This document shows positions 38,132 through 49,937 of a stretch of 64,000 nt of DNA, piece by piece. Within the stretch, counting starts at the first letter, position 1. Each line of letters opens with the position of its first letter. Both the position numbers and the translations under genes were made by a program. The notes under the pieces were generated by a model. It was given only the letters and a program-made list of their open reading frames with translations, was not told the DNA's origin and did not search any database. Source of the stretch: Heteronotia binoei (Eukaryota); contig NC_083232.1 of the NCBI RefSeq assembly GCF_032191835.1, forward strand, positions 45,632,001-45,696,000. Direction: 5' to 3'.

Positions 38132-40677
38132 AATGAAAAAGACTTGAGATAATTTTCTGGTTCTACATACAATGACAATATTTGGTTGGCAGAGGTTTCT
38201 TTTTCCTGTTCTCTTATAAAAAGTAAAATATCAGTACTATGACTTGTTTAGATATCTTTTGATGTGGTATTTTCATATGTAGTTGATTTTCCCTTACAAT
38301 AAATCTGTGTGACAGAAAAAGCATTGCTGAATCCCTAGTGGAAATAAAAAAAATTCTTGCCAAAGAGGTATACTGAATACAGAGCCAAAAAAAAAGGAAG
38401 AAGTGTGGATTATGTCTTGAAAGTGTTTTCTGGAATTAGTCATATTTATTTTCAACTGGGCCATGGGATGTTGATGATGTTGGCTGGAAATTAGATTTTC
38501 ATTGCAAGTTCTAAAATATATAGGAAGTGTTATACTTCTGCTAGGTAGGGCAGTTGTTTTTATACCTGAGAGTACTCTCATGTAGTTGACCTTTCTGAAC
38601 TGCTGTCACAATGCCAGTAAATACTCTCAGGTTGCCACTGGCTCATACAAAAACCACAGTGTTTGTAAGTTGCTAAACACAAGGACTGCCCCAGTCTCCA
38701 GCCCTAGGAACATGTGGAACTAGGATCTGTGCAGAGACTGGATGAGCACTTTGACTTATTTGTTTGGGGCTGATCTAGATGTTTCATAGGAGATGTGAAA
38801 ACAGTCTCATGACTTTTTAAAAAGTGCAAAGCAGGCATGAGAGGTTGCCAGTGTGAATGAACAACTGAGACCAAGAGTTGCATAACGGTCCAGCAGTTTT
38901 CAGCTCAAAACTAAACCTTCCCAAAAAGTGTTAAGTGGAAAGCAGTTTAGGATCCCAATATGGAGCCAAACCCTGATCTCAGGAGAAAGGCCTTCCCTTT
39001 GTCTTCCATTCCCACAGCTTCCCACTGCTGACCTTAGATGTCATGGACAAAATAGGATTGGATGTAAATAGCATTTGGACACAGAAGCGATTGGGCTGCT
39101 ACTCCCTTGCACTAAGCTCTATCTGTATTTGAGTGTCATTCTTAGCAATATATAACTAAATAAAGAGTGAGCTTAACAATACAAGGTAAGTTATTACAGT
39201 TCCATTCATCAGTTTGATGAGTGTCTCAGTAGGTCCATCTAGGCTTCTGCAGATTTTTGCCATGTCTGCTTTATGTTTCGCACTCTTCTGTAACCTTCCC
39301 TAAATGGAGCAGGAGACACAGAACAAGAGATGACAAGATTGCTATGATACTTGCCTGCAAACAGCAAACCCAGTTTCTTCTTTATGCCATCAAGCCTAAG
39401 TTTATAGGCAATGGATCTCAGAATTTCCCTTATTAAATATTGGTGTGCTTTATTGGGGCTTTTGCAACACAGGCATCAAATTTACATAATTATGTCTGGA
39501 TGCTTTCAAAAGACAATGCTGAAAGTATGTTCAGGCTTACGTATTGTTAACCTTAAAAGTTCAGTGATGTCATGTAAAGAATTCCCACCTGTCCTGCATT
39601 CTGGAGACAGATTAGTCATCATCTCCAAGATCAATAAAGGCAGCTGGTTTAGCAGTAGCCAGTGCAACTTTACTAAACGAAACACCAAATTTTGAGTCAG
39701 ACTTCTCAGAATTGATGTCTGTGATGGGGTCTGTGTGATGGTTTGTGTGATGTACCCTTGTCCAGTTTCTAGTGCTGGTTGTATATTTGCAGTCCAACAA
39801 TTCTGATTTGAAATCTGCTCACCTCTGTGGCAAAATATACACAAAGTATACATGAGTGTATACACATGGGTTTATCTGCCTAACTTGTTCAGCATCTGTT
39901 GCCCCCTCCCCCCGCCCACCCTGGGAGCCTGGCATATACTTTGAAGATCTAGAGTATAGACAGGATACTTTTCAAAGACCCAGCTATCTTTGAAGTGCAT
40001 GAGTTTTTCTGTAAGTGGAATTTTCAAGCTGATCCCCAAATTCGTCTGGGTCTACATTCATGCTTTATTTCAAGTCAAGTTCAAGTTCAAAAACCTTTAA
40101 AGGCATAAAAGTTTTATGTCAATGAACTGGGGGCACATACTTCCTGTGGGTTTCTTTGAAAGTTCTAGCATACAACTGTCATCCTTGCTGTTTCAGAGAG
40201 TTTCAGACCTGCTTTATTTAATGGGTGGCTGTGAACAATGAAGGCTTGATGTAAATGTGACATGGGCTGAGGCAAGAGACTCGCTTGTGGGACTTAGCAT
40301 TTGCACAGTATCTTATTTGAACTGGGGTACTTGGCAGGGTAGCAGGCCCATTCAGATGAGTGCAAAGATCCAGGAGTGTGTACCTTTGCTTCACCTGGGT
40401 CATAGAACTGCCCTTCCTTGAAGTGGACTTAAGAGTCTTCATCATTGATCTTCAGGGAATATGGGCTGTCCAGGAAAGAGAGAGTGGTTTGTTTACAGAA
40501 AAACAGTGGGTAGGAGAAAGGAGCAAAAAAGGCATCTCTTGTCATGCTATCCAGGCACATGCTCAGACCTATACTATACTATGTCATGCCCCAGAACTTT
40601 ACAAAAAAAATAAATTAAAGCCAGTTTTGTAAAACTTGAAATTTAGTATTTTTAAAGAAGCTCCCTATAATGCAAAG

Positions 40678-40981
40678 AGGATGGCACAGTGGTAAGCTGC
40701 AGTACTGTAGTCCAAGCTCTGTTCACAACCTGGGTTTGAGCCTGGCAGAAGCTCACAGGTGACTCAGCCTTTCAGGTATCTGGCTCAAGACTGACTTAGC
40801 CTTCCATCCTTCCAAGGGTGATAAAATGATACCCAGCTTGCTGGGGGTAAAGTGTAGGTAACTGGAGAACAAAAGGTCTGCCCCCATAACAAAAAGTCTG
40901 CCAAGAAAACATTGTGATGTGACATCACCCTATGGGTCAGTAATGACTCGGTGCTTGCACATGGGACTGCCTTTACCTTTA
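40678..40981 (+). mobile_element. Sauria SINE (tRNA head, BovB-like tail)
   Basis: GGCACAGTGGTAAG head, CCTTCCATCCTTCC...ACCCAGCTTGCTGGGG body, GGTGCTTGCACA...CCTTTACCTTT tail. Confidence 0.8.
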
Positions 40982-42080
40982 TAATCCAAAGCCCACAACT
41001 ATAGGATACTTAGGTAAATCTGACTCTGATCCTACTTCCAGTTAGCATGAAAATGAAAATTTGTTTAGTGTCACTTAAAGGTGATATACTTAATGGCAAT
41101 GTCTGTGTTATTATGACACCTTTTCTCCATCCAACTCATTGATCATTGTTCTATCCATCATTTTCCAATTTTGAAGGAAACCTTCCCAATGGCCTGTACA
41201 CAATAGCTGGGAGAAACACTTACCTGTTTCTGTGCAAAGTGGAAATGGACCAGAAGATGGACCCAGTAGTTCCCCCCCCCCCAAAACCATCATGCCTCCC
41301 ATTCAGTAATTGTATGAGGTCCATGCCCCTTCTATCTCCATTTCCTACTCCATGTGGATTGATGACCCCTGTTTGCACCATACAGATAGAGGAAGGAGTG
41401 TTTAAAATCATCCTTGCCCAACTCTGTTCTGCACAGAGCCTATGTGTACGTCAGTCACAATAGTTAGGACGTAGACCAGCCCTGTAGCCAGGATTTGAAG
41501 AATTTGGGGGCCCTGATTTTTTTCAGGCGGCACATGGTGGCCCCAGCCTCCATGGCCTCACCTACCACCGCTGAGGAGGAAAGCTGCCAGCTTGCTGCCA
41601 TACAGACTCCCCCCTCCCCACAGCTGCCCCAAGGTGATCCTTTTCCAGCCCTCTTCCAGAAGCTCTGGTGGGGAGCCACCCAGAGGTTTAGATACATGCC
41701 GCATGGTGCCCTTACCTGTAGCATGATCCAGCTAGGCAAGCCCGGCAGGACTGGGGGTTGGGGTGGAAGGCGGCACCAAATCGCAGCTGACTTCTGGGGT
41801 TACAAGACCTCCAATTCGGATTTCTTCCTGTTGCAGGGTGAGCCAAAGCTGCCCAAGCGCAGCTCCCATCCTCACTCGGGTGGCCAGCGAGACCAGGCCA
41901 GAAAACCCCTGCAGGCAAACATCACCTCTCCACTGATCCCCAGCCCCGGACTGCAGCCGGGACCTCCACTTGTGTGCGCCAGCCTACCCTACCCTGCCCT
42001 GTCTGCAGGGGAGCCATCTGCCCCCTACGTCCGTCCCCTCACTTGAGGGCCAGAATGGCCTCTTCTTGCAGGCGCTCTTT

Positions 42081-42900
42081 AATAATAATAATAATAATAA
42101 TAATAAACTTTTATTTATATCCCGCCCTCCCTGCCAGGGCAGGCTCAGGGCAGCTCACAAGACATGGTGTATACCATGATTACAATAAAATACAGTTAAA
42201 ACACAGTGAGATAAATAGATTAAAACCAATATAAATTGAAGGTGCTACAGTACAATACATATATAACAAGATGGCTGGATATCATTTTCAGGATTCCACT
42301 TTGAAAGCCAGTTGAAAGAGGACAATTTTACTAGCCCTGCGGAACTGATTGAAGTCCCGCAGGGCTTGCACCTCCTCTGGTAGCTGATTCCACCAATGGG
42401 GAGCCATTATTGAGAAGGCCTGCTCCCTCGTTGTTTTCAGTTTGGCCTCCCTTGGTCCAGGGATTTTTAGAAGATTTTGAGAACTAGATCTCAGTGCTCT
42501 CTGGGGAACATATGGGGAGAGGCGGTCCCTAAGGTAGGCAGGTCCTCGGCCATATAGGGCTTTAAAGGTAATAACCAGCACCTTGTAATGAACTCGGAAC
42601 ACAATTGGCAGCCAGTGCAGTTCCCGCAGCCTAGGCTGCACATGTTCCCACCAAGGTAGTCCCACTAACAGCCTGTCTGCCTCATTCTGCACTAGCTGCA
42701 GTTTCCAAGTTCGGTACAGGGGCAGCCCCACGTAGAAAGCATTACAGTAGTCCAGCCTCGAGGTGACCGTTGCATGAATCACTGTTGCCAGGTCGCTACG
42801 TTCCAGGAAGGGGGCCAACTGCCTCGCCCTCCTAAGATGGAAAAAGGCGGGTTTAGCAGTGGCTGCTATCTGTGCCTCCATTGTCAAGGAAGGCTCTAGC
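42081..42900 (-). mobile_element. L2 LINE 3' fragment with 199-aa open ORF2 C-terminus
   Basis: ORF 42288..42887 has SRLDYCNAFYVGLP...LHWLPIVFRVHYKVLVITFKAL, typical of L2 ORF2. The 3' end is GGGAGGGCGGGATATAAAT plus a (TTA)n tail. Confidence 0.92.
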
Positions 42901-42919
42901 CCAACGTCAGCCCAACATG

Positions 42920-43446
42920 GAGCTTAACTTTCAATCCTGGGTGCTGAAAGTGCCCCGTTGTTTCTGCTTGCTGAGGGGTCAGAGATTTCTTCCAGCCCCT
43001 AAGCAAGCAGAAGCAACTTTGAGCTTAACTTTCAGTTCTGGGCTCCAAAAGTGCCATGTTGTTTCTGCTTGCTGAGGGGTCAGAGATTTCTTCCAGCCCC
43101 TAAGCAAGCAGAAGCAACACAGAGCTTAACTTTCAGTCTTGGGCACTGAAAGTGTCCAGTTGTTTCTGCTTGCTGGGGGGATCAGAAATTTCTTCCAGTC
43201 CCTAAGCAAGCAGAAGCAACACAGAGCTTAACTTTCAGTCCTGGGCCAGTTGTTTCTGCTTGCTGAGGGGTCAGAGATTTCTTCCAGCCCCTAAGCAAGC
43301 AGAAGCAACAGGGAGCTTAACTTTCAGTCCTGGTCTCTGAAAGTGCTCTGTTGTTTCTGCTTGCTGAGGGGTCAGAAAATTCTTCCGGCCCCTAAGCGAG
43401 CAGAAGCAACTGTGTATGATCACGTCCCCTAAGCAAGCAGAAGCAA
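42920..43446. repeat. Tandem array of 5 ~101-bp hairpin-forming units plus a partial unit
   Basis: Units start GAGCTTAACTTTC at 42920, 43021, 43122, 43224 and 43313 (first four are 101, 101, 102 and 89 bp). Confidence 0.95.
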
Positions 43447-44599
43447 TGGTGTATGATGACAGCAGAATGGAGAATGATGCAGCTGAAGCACTGGAGGCTA
43501 GTTAGGGGCCCCAAGTCAGGGGGCCCTGCCTAGCAGTCGGGGCTGTGGCCCCACAGGCCCCCTCATAGCTATGGGCCTGGTGCAGACTGCCCAGAGAGGA
43601 TAGATGTGTACAGCTTCTACACATGTAGGTTCCATAGAGAAGTTCTGATGAAAGTCTAGAGGTCAGATGCTGCCAATGAATCCAGTCTTGACTCTCCTAC
43701 ACTATAGCTTGGATCCTATAACTGTGGTCTGCATGTGCATGACTCTGACACAAGATCAGTGGTATTCATTTCAGTGGTATTCATTGAGCCCCTTGCATAT
43801 GAAAGTGTTAGTAGCAGAGGAGGCAAGCTGTGCAGAGGCAAAGCACATGTGGAACACAGTCATAGGATCCAAGCCCATGGATATGTTACCTGTACAGGGC
43901 TGAGGTGCAAAAGATCAGTGTAGCAAATGTGAAGCCTGCTAAGACCAAGTCTGATAAACTGTAGTCTTAATGTAATGCTGTCAGCCGTGTAGTAGATAGC
44001 AAATCTACATGGCAGATCAATGCCATCAAGAAAAAATGCAATTCTTGTTTGTTTATGGGAGCTTTTAGTGGTATGTGGGTTGCATCCAATGTGACCATTT
44101 CTGAAGCAGAGAATTGAAGAGATTCATTGGGGGGAAAAACTACTGTATTCTGTGTAGAAGGGATTTTGATGTGATGCTGATTACATAGCTTTCACTAGTA
44201 AAGGCAGCTTGAAATAACCTGATGATAAATTGCTGCTGGTGAGTTGGTACATGAGTTCAAATTGAAATGCAAAGTAGCTGTCAGCTGAAATCAGGTGTCC
44301 TAATAAATTCTCTAATTCAATCTATTTAACAAGAGTCATTTGATCTTTTAAGATGTTGTTTTAAATTGGCTAGGGAGTGTAGGTTGCTGTAGAATTGTAC
44401 TTGCTGCAAAAGCGAAAGATAGTAAGTTAAATTGTGGGGCTGGTAAAGTTATTCCTTGTGTTGTTTTTAGGTTTCCAAATACAGTAGTAAAAAGTAAAAC
44501 AATTAAGCACACACATATTATTTCACATACAGTTAGACTACAAAAACCACAAAACAAACAAAAAATAATGTGGGGTGCAAACACTGAACTATCATTTCA

Positions 44600-44961
44600 A
44601 TTTATTTTCATGTTACATATATAGAAATCTTCTTTAACCTAGTCCCTCTCTCCTATGTTACCTAACCCTCCTTATCCAACCAATCATACATAGGTTGCCA
44701 TACTACTTTACACTGAGTTATATTCCCTTCAGTCAATTTTACTGAAAGGAAGTCCATTTCAGCTGTTTCTAGTAACTTCTGTACAAATTCCTCTTTTGGG
44801 GGTATCAATGATGTCTTCCAATACCTTGCATGCACAATTCTCGCAGCCGCGGTTGCGTAAATCAAGAGTCTAGTCTGTAACTTAGATATGGAGCCTTGAC
44901 ATGTACTCAAAAGATAAAATTCTGGTGAATGTTTAATGCTTATTTTAAGTACTTTTTGTAT

Positions 44962-45022
<61 letters not shown>

Positions 45023-47289
45023 GACCCAATATCTCTTTGCTTTCTCACATTGCCACCACATGTGATAGAATGAGCCAACAGTCTTCTGAATTTCCAGCAT
45101 CTACTCGAACTATTTGCATACATTTTAGATAATATCTCAGGCGTACTATACCACCTATACAGCATCTTATATATATTCTCTTTGAAAGTGGAGGATCTAG
45201 TCAATTTTATATTCATTTGCCATAGCTTCTCCCAGTCTGCCAATGCTATCGTATGTCCAGTGTTTTGCATCCACTTTACCATGCTTTTTTTTACAATTTC
45301 GTCTTGCGTTCTCATGCCTAATAATAAGTTATATATTTTAGTAATTAGTTTTACATCAGTCTCAATCCATATTTCATCTAGTTCATTCATTTTTTCTGCA
45401 AAGCCAAGGGTTTTCTCTTTTATCTAGTAATGTATGGTAAGTGTAGGATTCTTTCCAATTAAATAAGTTTGGATGGATCGAAGCTTCTGTTGGAGACAAC
45501 CACTTCGGCACCTTGTTGTACAGTTGCGGTTTGATCCATTGCCAAGTTTTGTAAACCGCTTTCCTTATTTCATGTCTGACAAATGAGCTATTTTTTGGTT
45601 AATCTTTGGTTCTAGATTTTTTTCCCCATTTTCCTTCTCTTTTTAACTTACCTTGTTTTATCTATGTATATTTATGTTCAATGTATGATAAATTTCCCAA
45701 TATACTTATTCACAATACTTAAATATTCATAAAACTTATTTACCTCTAATATTTATAGTTCCTGAAACACTTTAACCACTCCTGCCAATTAAGGTCAACT
45801 CTTTCTAAATTTTATACCTCCTATTCACTTATCAATCCAGTAGATTTTATACTAATAGTTATCTCCAATCAGTTCTTCAGGTCACAATTAATTGGTTAAA
45901 TCACGTCAGAAGCTAATTGCTTCAATCACCAGCACAATCAAAATTAGTTGATTCCATACAGATTAATTAAACTCAAAACACCCACTACATCTAGTTAAAT
46001 TCCCCTTGTATATTACGGTCTTACTTCCTCCTCCTAGGCAACAAGTTCCGTCTCTAGAGCATCTACAACAGTTCTGCTCTGTCTTTCCTTCTCCCTTCTT
46101 GGTACTCACTTCCTGCTTCTTCTTCCCACAAATCCCTGCAATACCTTTGACAATACTTAACGTTAGTTCAGTTGTTCAATCAATCAAAAATATAAGTCAA
46201 GTCCGCTCACAACTTCCACCTCCCACAAACCCGACAATTTTCTCATCTCCATTTCAATCCATCGTAGTTTGCAGCCCTTTCTTCGGAGAAGAGGCAGCCA
46301 AGTTGTCGCTAAGAGCCGCCCCTTCCCCCTTTAGCTTCTTCAAAATGGCGACTCCTCCAACTTCCTTCTCACCCTCACTTTGATCCGTCTCCCAATATCC
46401 TCTAATATCTAGCTTTCGACTTTCCCTTCCTTCCCAATTATTCCAGTCTTTCTAACGTAAGTTCTGTATCCATCTCTACTCCATTCAGCTTTCACCACTA
46501 TGCCTCAATACTCTCTCTCCAGCTCTCCACATCCCACTCACCACCTCCACATTCTGTTATGCTCACTGTCTTCCTTTCCATCCGCAAGCCATCTACCGCC
46601 CCTCCACTTCCTCTCTGCCATTTCAGCCACGTCACCGCCACCGCCGTGGCTCTCCACTCCAGCTCCTTCTTCAAGTTCCCCACCACTGTGGCCGCGTTGT
46701 CTCCAACAGCACATCTCACCGTCTCCACACCTTCCTCTCCACCGCCGTTGCAACCACTGCCACCACCGTGCCTCTCCGCCTCAGCTCTCTCCTCACCTCC
46801 TCCACCGTTGGCGCTGCCGCAGCTATCCACCTTGACTCTCTCCCCAACTTCACCATTACCACCATTCCGACATCTCTCCAACTTTGTTCCTTTCCTGCAT
46901 CAACTCTCTCCTTGGCATTTCTCATAGGGTTAGGTATGTCAATCTTTTTCCATCCAAAAAATCTCCGTTCTCGGTTCAAATTAATGCAGTTCGGGTTATT
47001 ACAGTTTGATGTAATTTCTGCATTCCCACTCCTCCAAGTTCCGGAGACCCAGTTGAGTCGCAAAAAGCATTTACTAGCCTCGGCATGAGAGAGGCTGAAA
47101 AACTGGAGAGGGAGACCTCTGTCTCCCCTCTAGCCTCCCAACTAATTCCCTTAGCTATAGAGAATCTTACCAATCCTCTTTTTAGGGGTACCCCTGTCAA
47201 GGAGCCCCCTCTAAACCTAGTAATCAGGACACTTGGAGAGCACTCGGACAAGCGTACTGTGTCACTGCGCCATCTTCCCGGAAGTCTCC
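44600..47289 (-). mobile_element. L1-clade LINE remnant: ORF2 C-terminus plus putative 5' UTR
   Basis: ORF 44662..45390 has KENIYKMLYRWYSTPEILSKMYANSSSRCWK, and a shifted frame gives GSFYHMWWQC (L1 ORF2 cysteine-rich domain). AATAAA on the - strand at 44601-44606. The distal end reads GGAGACTTCCGGGAAGATGGCG, an L1-like start with a YY1-type motif. Confidence 0.8.
44964..45018. repeat. (AT)n microsatellite inside L1 ORF2
   Basis: Direct reading. Gives the IYIYIY run in the ORF track. Confidence 0.95.
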
Positions 47290-49190
47290 AATTATGCTTT
47301 CCAAGTTTACTGAGTAATAATTGTTTTAAATTATTGTTTCAGAATTCATCTTCTGTGGGTTATAGAAATAAAGGAAATCAGTACTGCAGACAAGATACAG
47401 CGTAATAAAATTACTAGCGACTAATTTATCCAAAGTACCTTTACCAGATATTGGCTGAACACAGAATTATGGAAGGCATAGGTCAAATATAGTCCTAAGA
47501 TCACTGGCCCTTTTTGTGATACCAGGGTTTAATTGCATGAACTTCAGAGGATTTAAAGCTGCTGAAATAAGGACCGTGGTTTATCTGGTTTGTCGATTAG
47601 GCTAGCCATAATTTTCTATGAAGATAAATTCAATTACGGCAATGGGACATAATGTCACATAATAGGATTTGGGTGAGCGGCTGCTCCACTAAATATGCTT
47701 CCTCAGAATTGTGGCTGTTGGCCACAGCTTAGCACACCATTACATATGCTTGCAGAACACTCAAATCAATGTAGTTTAAAAGCAATGCAGTTAAAGTGCG
47801 CGTAGCTGCACTGAGACTATTAAAATCAGTGAAGGATTTAATATTGTATAAATGTTATACCTTGAGTTGACATATCAGTCAATTGACTACCTATTATTTG
47901 ACCATGATAAAATACTGTCAAATATTCCATGAAGACAAGAATGCGACTGTGTAGTTGCTATCTTGCCTTTTAAACTCCATTAGGATGTCATGTGTTTGCA
48001 AAGGCAGAAGCAGAGGATGGCTGCCGCTAGCCCTTCCAGCATTGGGACAAACAAAACATTCTTTTGGCCAGGTGCTATAACTGCAAGCATCTCCAAACAG
48101 AAAAAACCCCAGCCTGCTACCTGTTTGCAATACAACCTTTAAAATGGTCTTTTGTTTTTCATATTTCTTGTTACTTTGTTTTGTCTCTGTTCTGATTTCA
48201 TGTTTTTGAAAAAAATGTCAAAACTGTATGCTGATTTTGATGTTCCATGAGGGAAGCCAAAGAGAAGAAATGTCCAGTGGATCATTCATGTTTACTTCAT
48301 ATTGTTTGTTAACAGTTCAGATTCATTACATTAAAAATCATTCTCATTGTTTAACAGTTTACATTATTTGTTATTGTAATTCACCTAAGTATCAAAGCTG
48401 TTAATGAAAATAACTTTCTGTTTTAAGAACACTTGACCAGCATTTGACCGGTCAGTTCACCAAATCCTTTTTTGATCAGTCAACTGGTGAATCCTAGCAT
48501 CAGTCAACTGGTGAATCCTAGCATTAGGACAGCTTTTAGATCCTTTATGGATCAAAGATCAAAGTGAACATACTAAAGTGGATTTGGAAGCAGTTGGCCA
48601 GTTGATAGTTGCAGGGAGTCAACAAAGGACAACATTTTCCAACCAACTGCTATTTTTCATTCAGTGAAACCCAAAGTGGTTAGAATCTGTTAGAACGCTG
48701 GACCTTCTGGCCTATCTTTGTCAGAGTTCCCCACTGCTGTTCTTATTTCATTTGTACATTTGCATGTATATAGTTCTGTGTACTCAGTGGAACATTTCAG
48801 GCATCTGATGAAGTGGGTTGTGCCTTGCAAAAACTTGGGATTCAATATATTCATTTGTCTTTTATATACCAAGAATCTGTGTTATTTGTGTCTACAGCAG
48901 ACTCACCTGGCAACCACACAAGGTTTAAACTTACCAAACTTAAAAGACGCATTTGAATGGTAGCACCATTCAGATGTAGATGGGGAAGTCACTCAGTCCC
49001 CACCACTGTAGTATGCAGTCTTTCTTTGCCTGATAATGGTTAACCCAAATGGTCATCTTCAATTTGATAGCATATTGGTTGGATAAGATTGGGGAAAATG
49101 ATCTGTGGCAGGTTGGTTGCTCTTAGAAATGGACTTTGTATGCTTAAGTTTCCTACTTTCAATCACTGAATTATTCCCCCCCCCCCCCAG

Positions 49191-49394
49191 AACTATGCAA
49201 CCATGCTTGGGAAGCAAACCAATAAAAATGAAGAGAGCTCACCTAACAAGCCTTGCTTTGGATCCCACCTCCCAGAAGAGAAACTTGAAGCACTTCGAGA
49301 TGAGCAGCTTGGACAACTACAGGAACTAATGCAAGAAGCTACCAAACCCAAGAGACAGTTTAATGTTTTGGATGATACGGAATACAAAAGCTAG
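49191..49394 (+). CDS. SDHAF3: SDHAF3 last coding exon (67 aa + stop)
   Basis: Follows pyrimidine tract TTATTCCCCC...CCAG (AG at 49189-49190), phase 0. Translates [67 protein letters not shown], matching the SDHAF3 C-terminus ([26 protein letters not shown]). Confidence 0.96.
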   Translation, partial: NYATMLGKQTNKNEESSPNKPCFGSHLPEEKLEALRDEQLGQLQELMQEATKPKRQFNVLDDTEYKS

Positions 49395-49476
49395 TCTATT
49401 TCTTTGAATAGATTTTTAAGTAAAAATTTTTGGTGCTTCCTTTTGCTCTAATTTTGAAGAAAGCCTCACTGTGAAA

Positions 49477-49482
49477 AATAAA
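49477..49482 (+). terminator. AATAAA polyadenylation signal candidate for SDHAF3
   Basis: First canonical hexamer after the stop codon (83 nt downstream), followed by T-rich sequence. Confidence 0.55.
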
Positions 49483-49650
49483 TCAAGTTGACATACATCC
49501 TTTCTCTTTTATTTCAACCTCCAGGGATATACATGGGAATATTTAGAAATAGATACTGTCCCACTTGTATTAATTATGGCCTACGCTACCACTTAGCATA
49601 ACAGAACACTTGTTATTTCTCAGGCTTTTGGCTATGTTAAGTTTGTCTCT

Positions 49651-49937
49651 GGCCGTTTTCCCACTCACGTTTTACTGGCGCCACGACCATCCTGACGCCG
49701 GCGAATCTGCCTGGATTTCGCATCAGAAGCTCCGGCGCTCCCAGAAGTGCCGGCTACTTCCGTCGCTAAGCCAGCGCAAACGGAAATCGCAAAGATGCAG
49801 GAAAACGTTTGCGCTGGCTTAGCGACGGAAAGCGCCGGCGCTTCTGGGAGCGCCGGCGCTTCTGTTGCGAAATCCAGGCAGATTCGCCGGCGTCAGGATG
49901 GTCGTGGCGCCAGTAAAACGTGAGTGGGAAAACGGCC
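49651..49937. mobile_element. Fold-back MITE, 287 bp, Harbinger-like termini
   Basis: 132-bp arms (6 mismatches, first 72 bp perfect) and a 23-nt loop. Terminus GGCCGTTTTCCCACT is shared with the 36873 element. No TSD visible. Confidence 0.85.

Larger units (their letters stand above)
41477..43579. mobile_element. Composite non-autonomous hAT-like element carrying an L2 insert and a tandem array
   Basis: Termini CAGCCCTGTAGC ... GCTATGGGCCTG are decayed inverted repeats of CAGGCCCGTAGC with GGGGCCC subterminal motifs. Flanks ACGTAGAC / GTGCAGAC differ only by three transitions. Confidence 0.68.
14951..49190 (+). other. SDHAF3: SDHAF3 coding intron, 34,240 bp, GT-AG, phase 0
   Basis: GTAAGT donor and polypyrimidine-CAG acceptor join the two exons in frame (QEWE|NYAT). 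Confidence 0.93.

Noticed and set aside
42920-43446. CRISPR-like array
   Set aside because: The sequence between the palindromes is homologous among units (no unique spacers), there are no cas genes, and the context is a vertebrate intron.
46498-47405. Cluster of 100-127 aa ORFs on both strands
   Set aside because: Arise from C/T-rich low-complexity sequence in the putative L1 5' region. No ORF1 domain recognisable.
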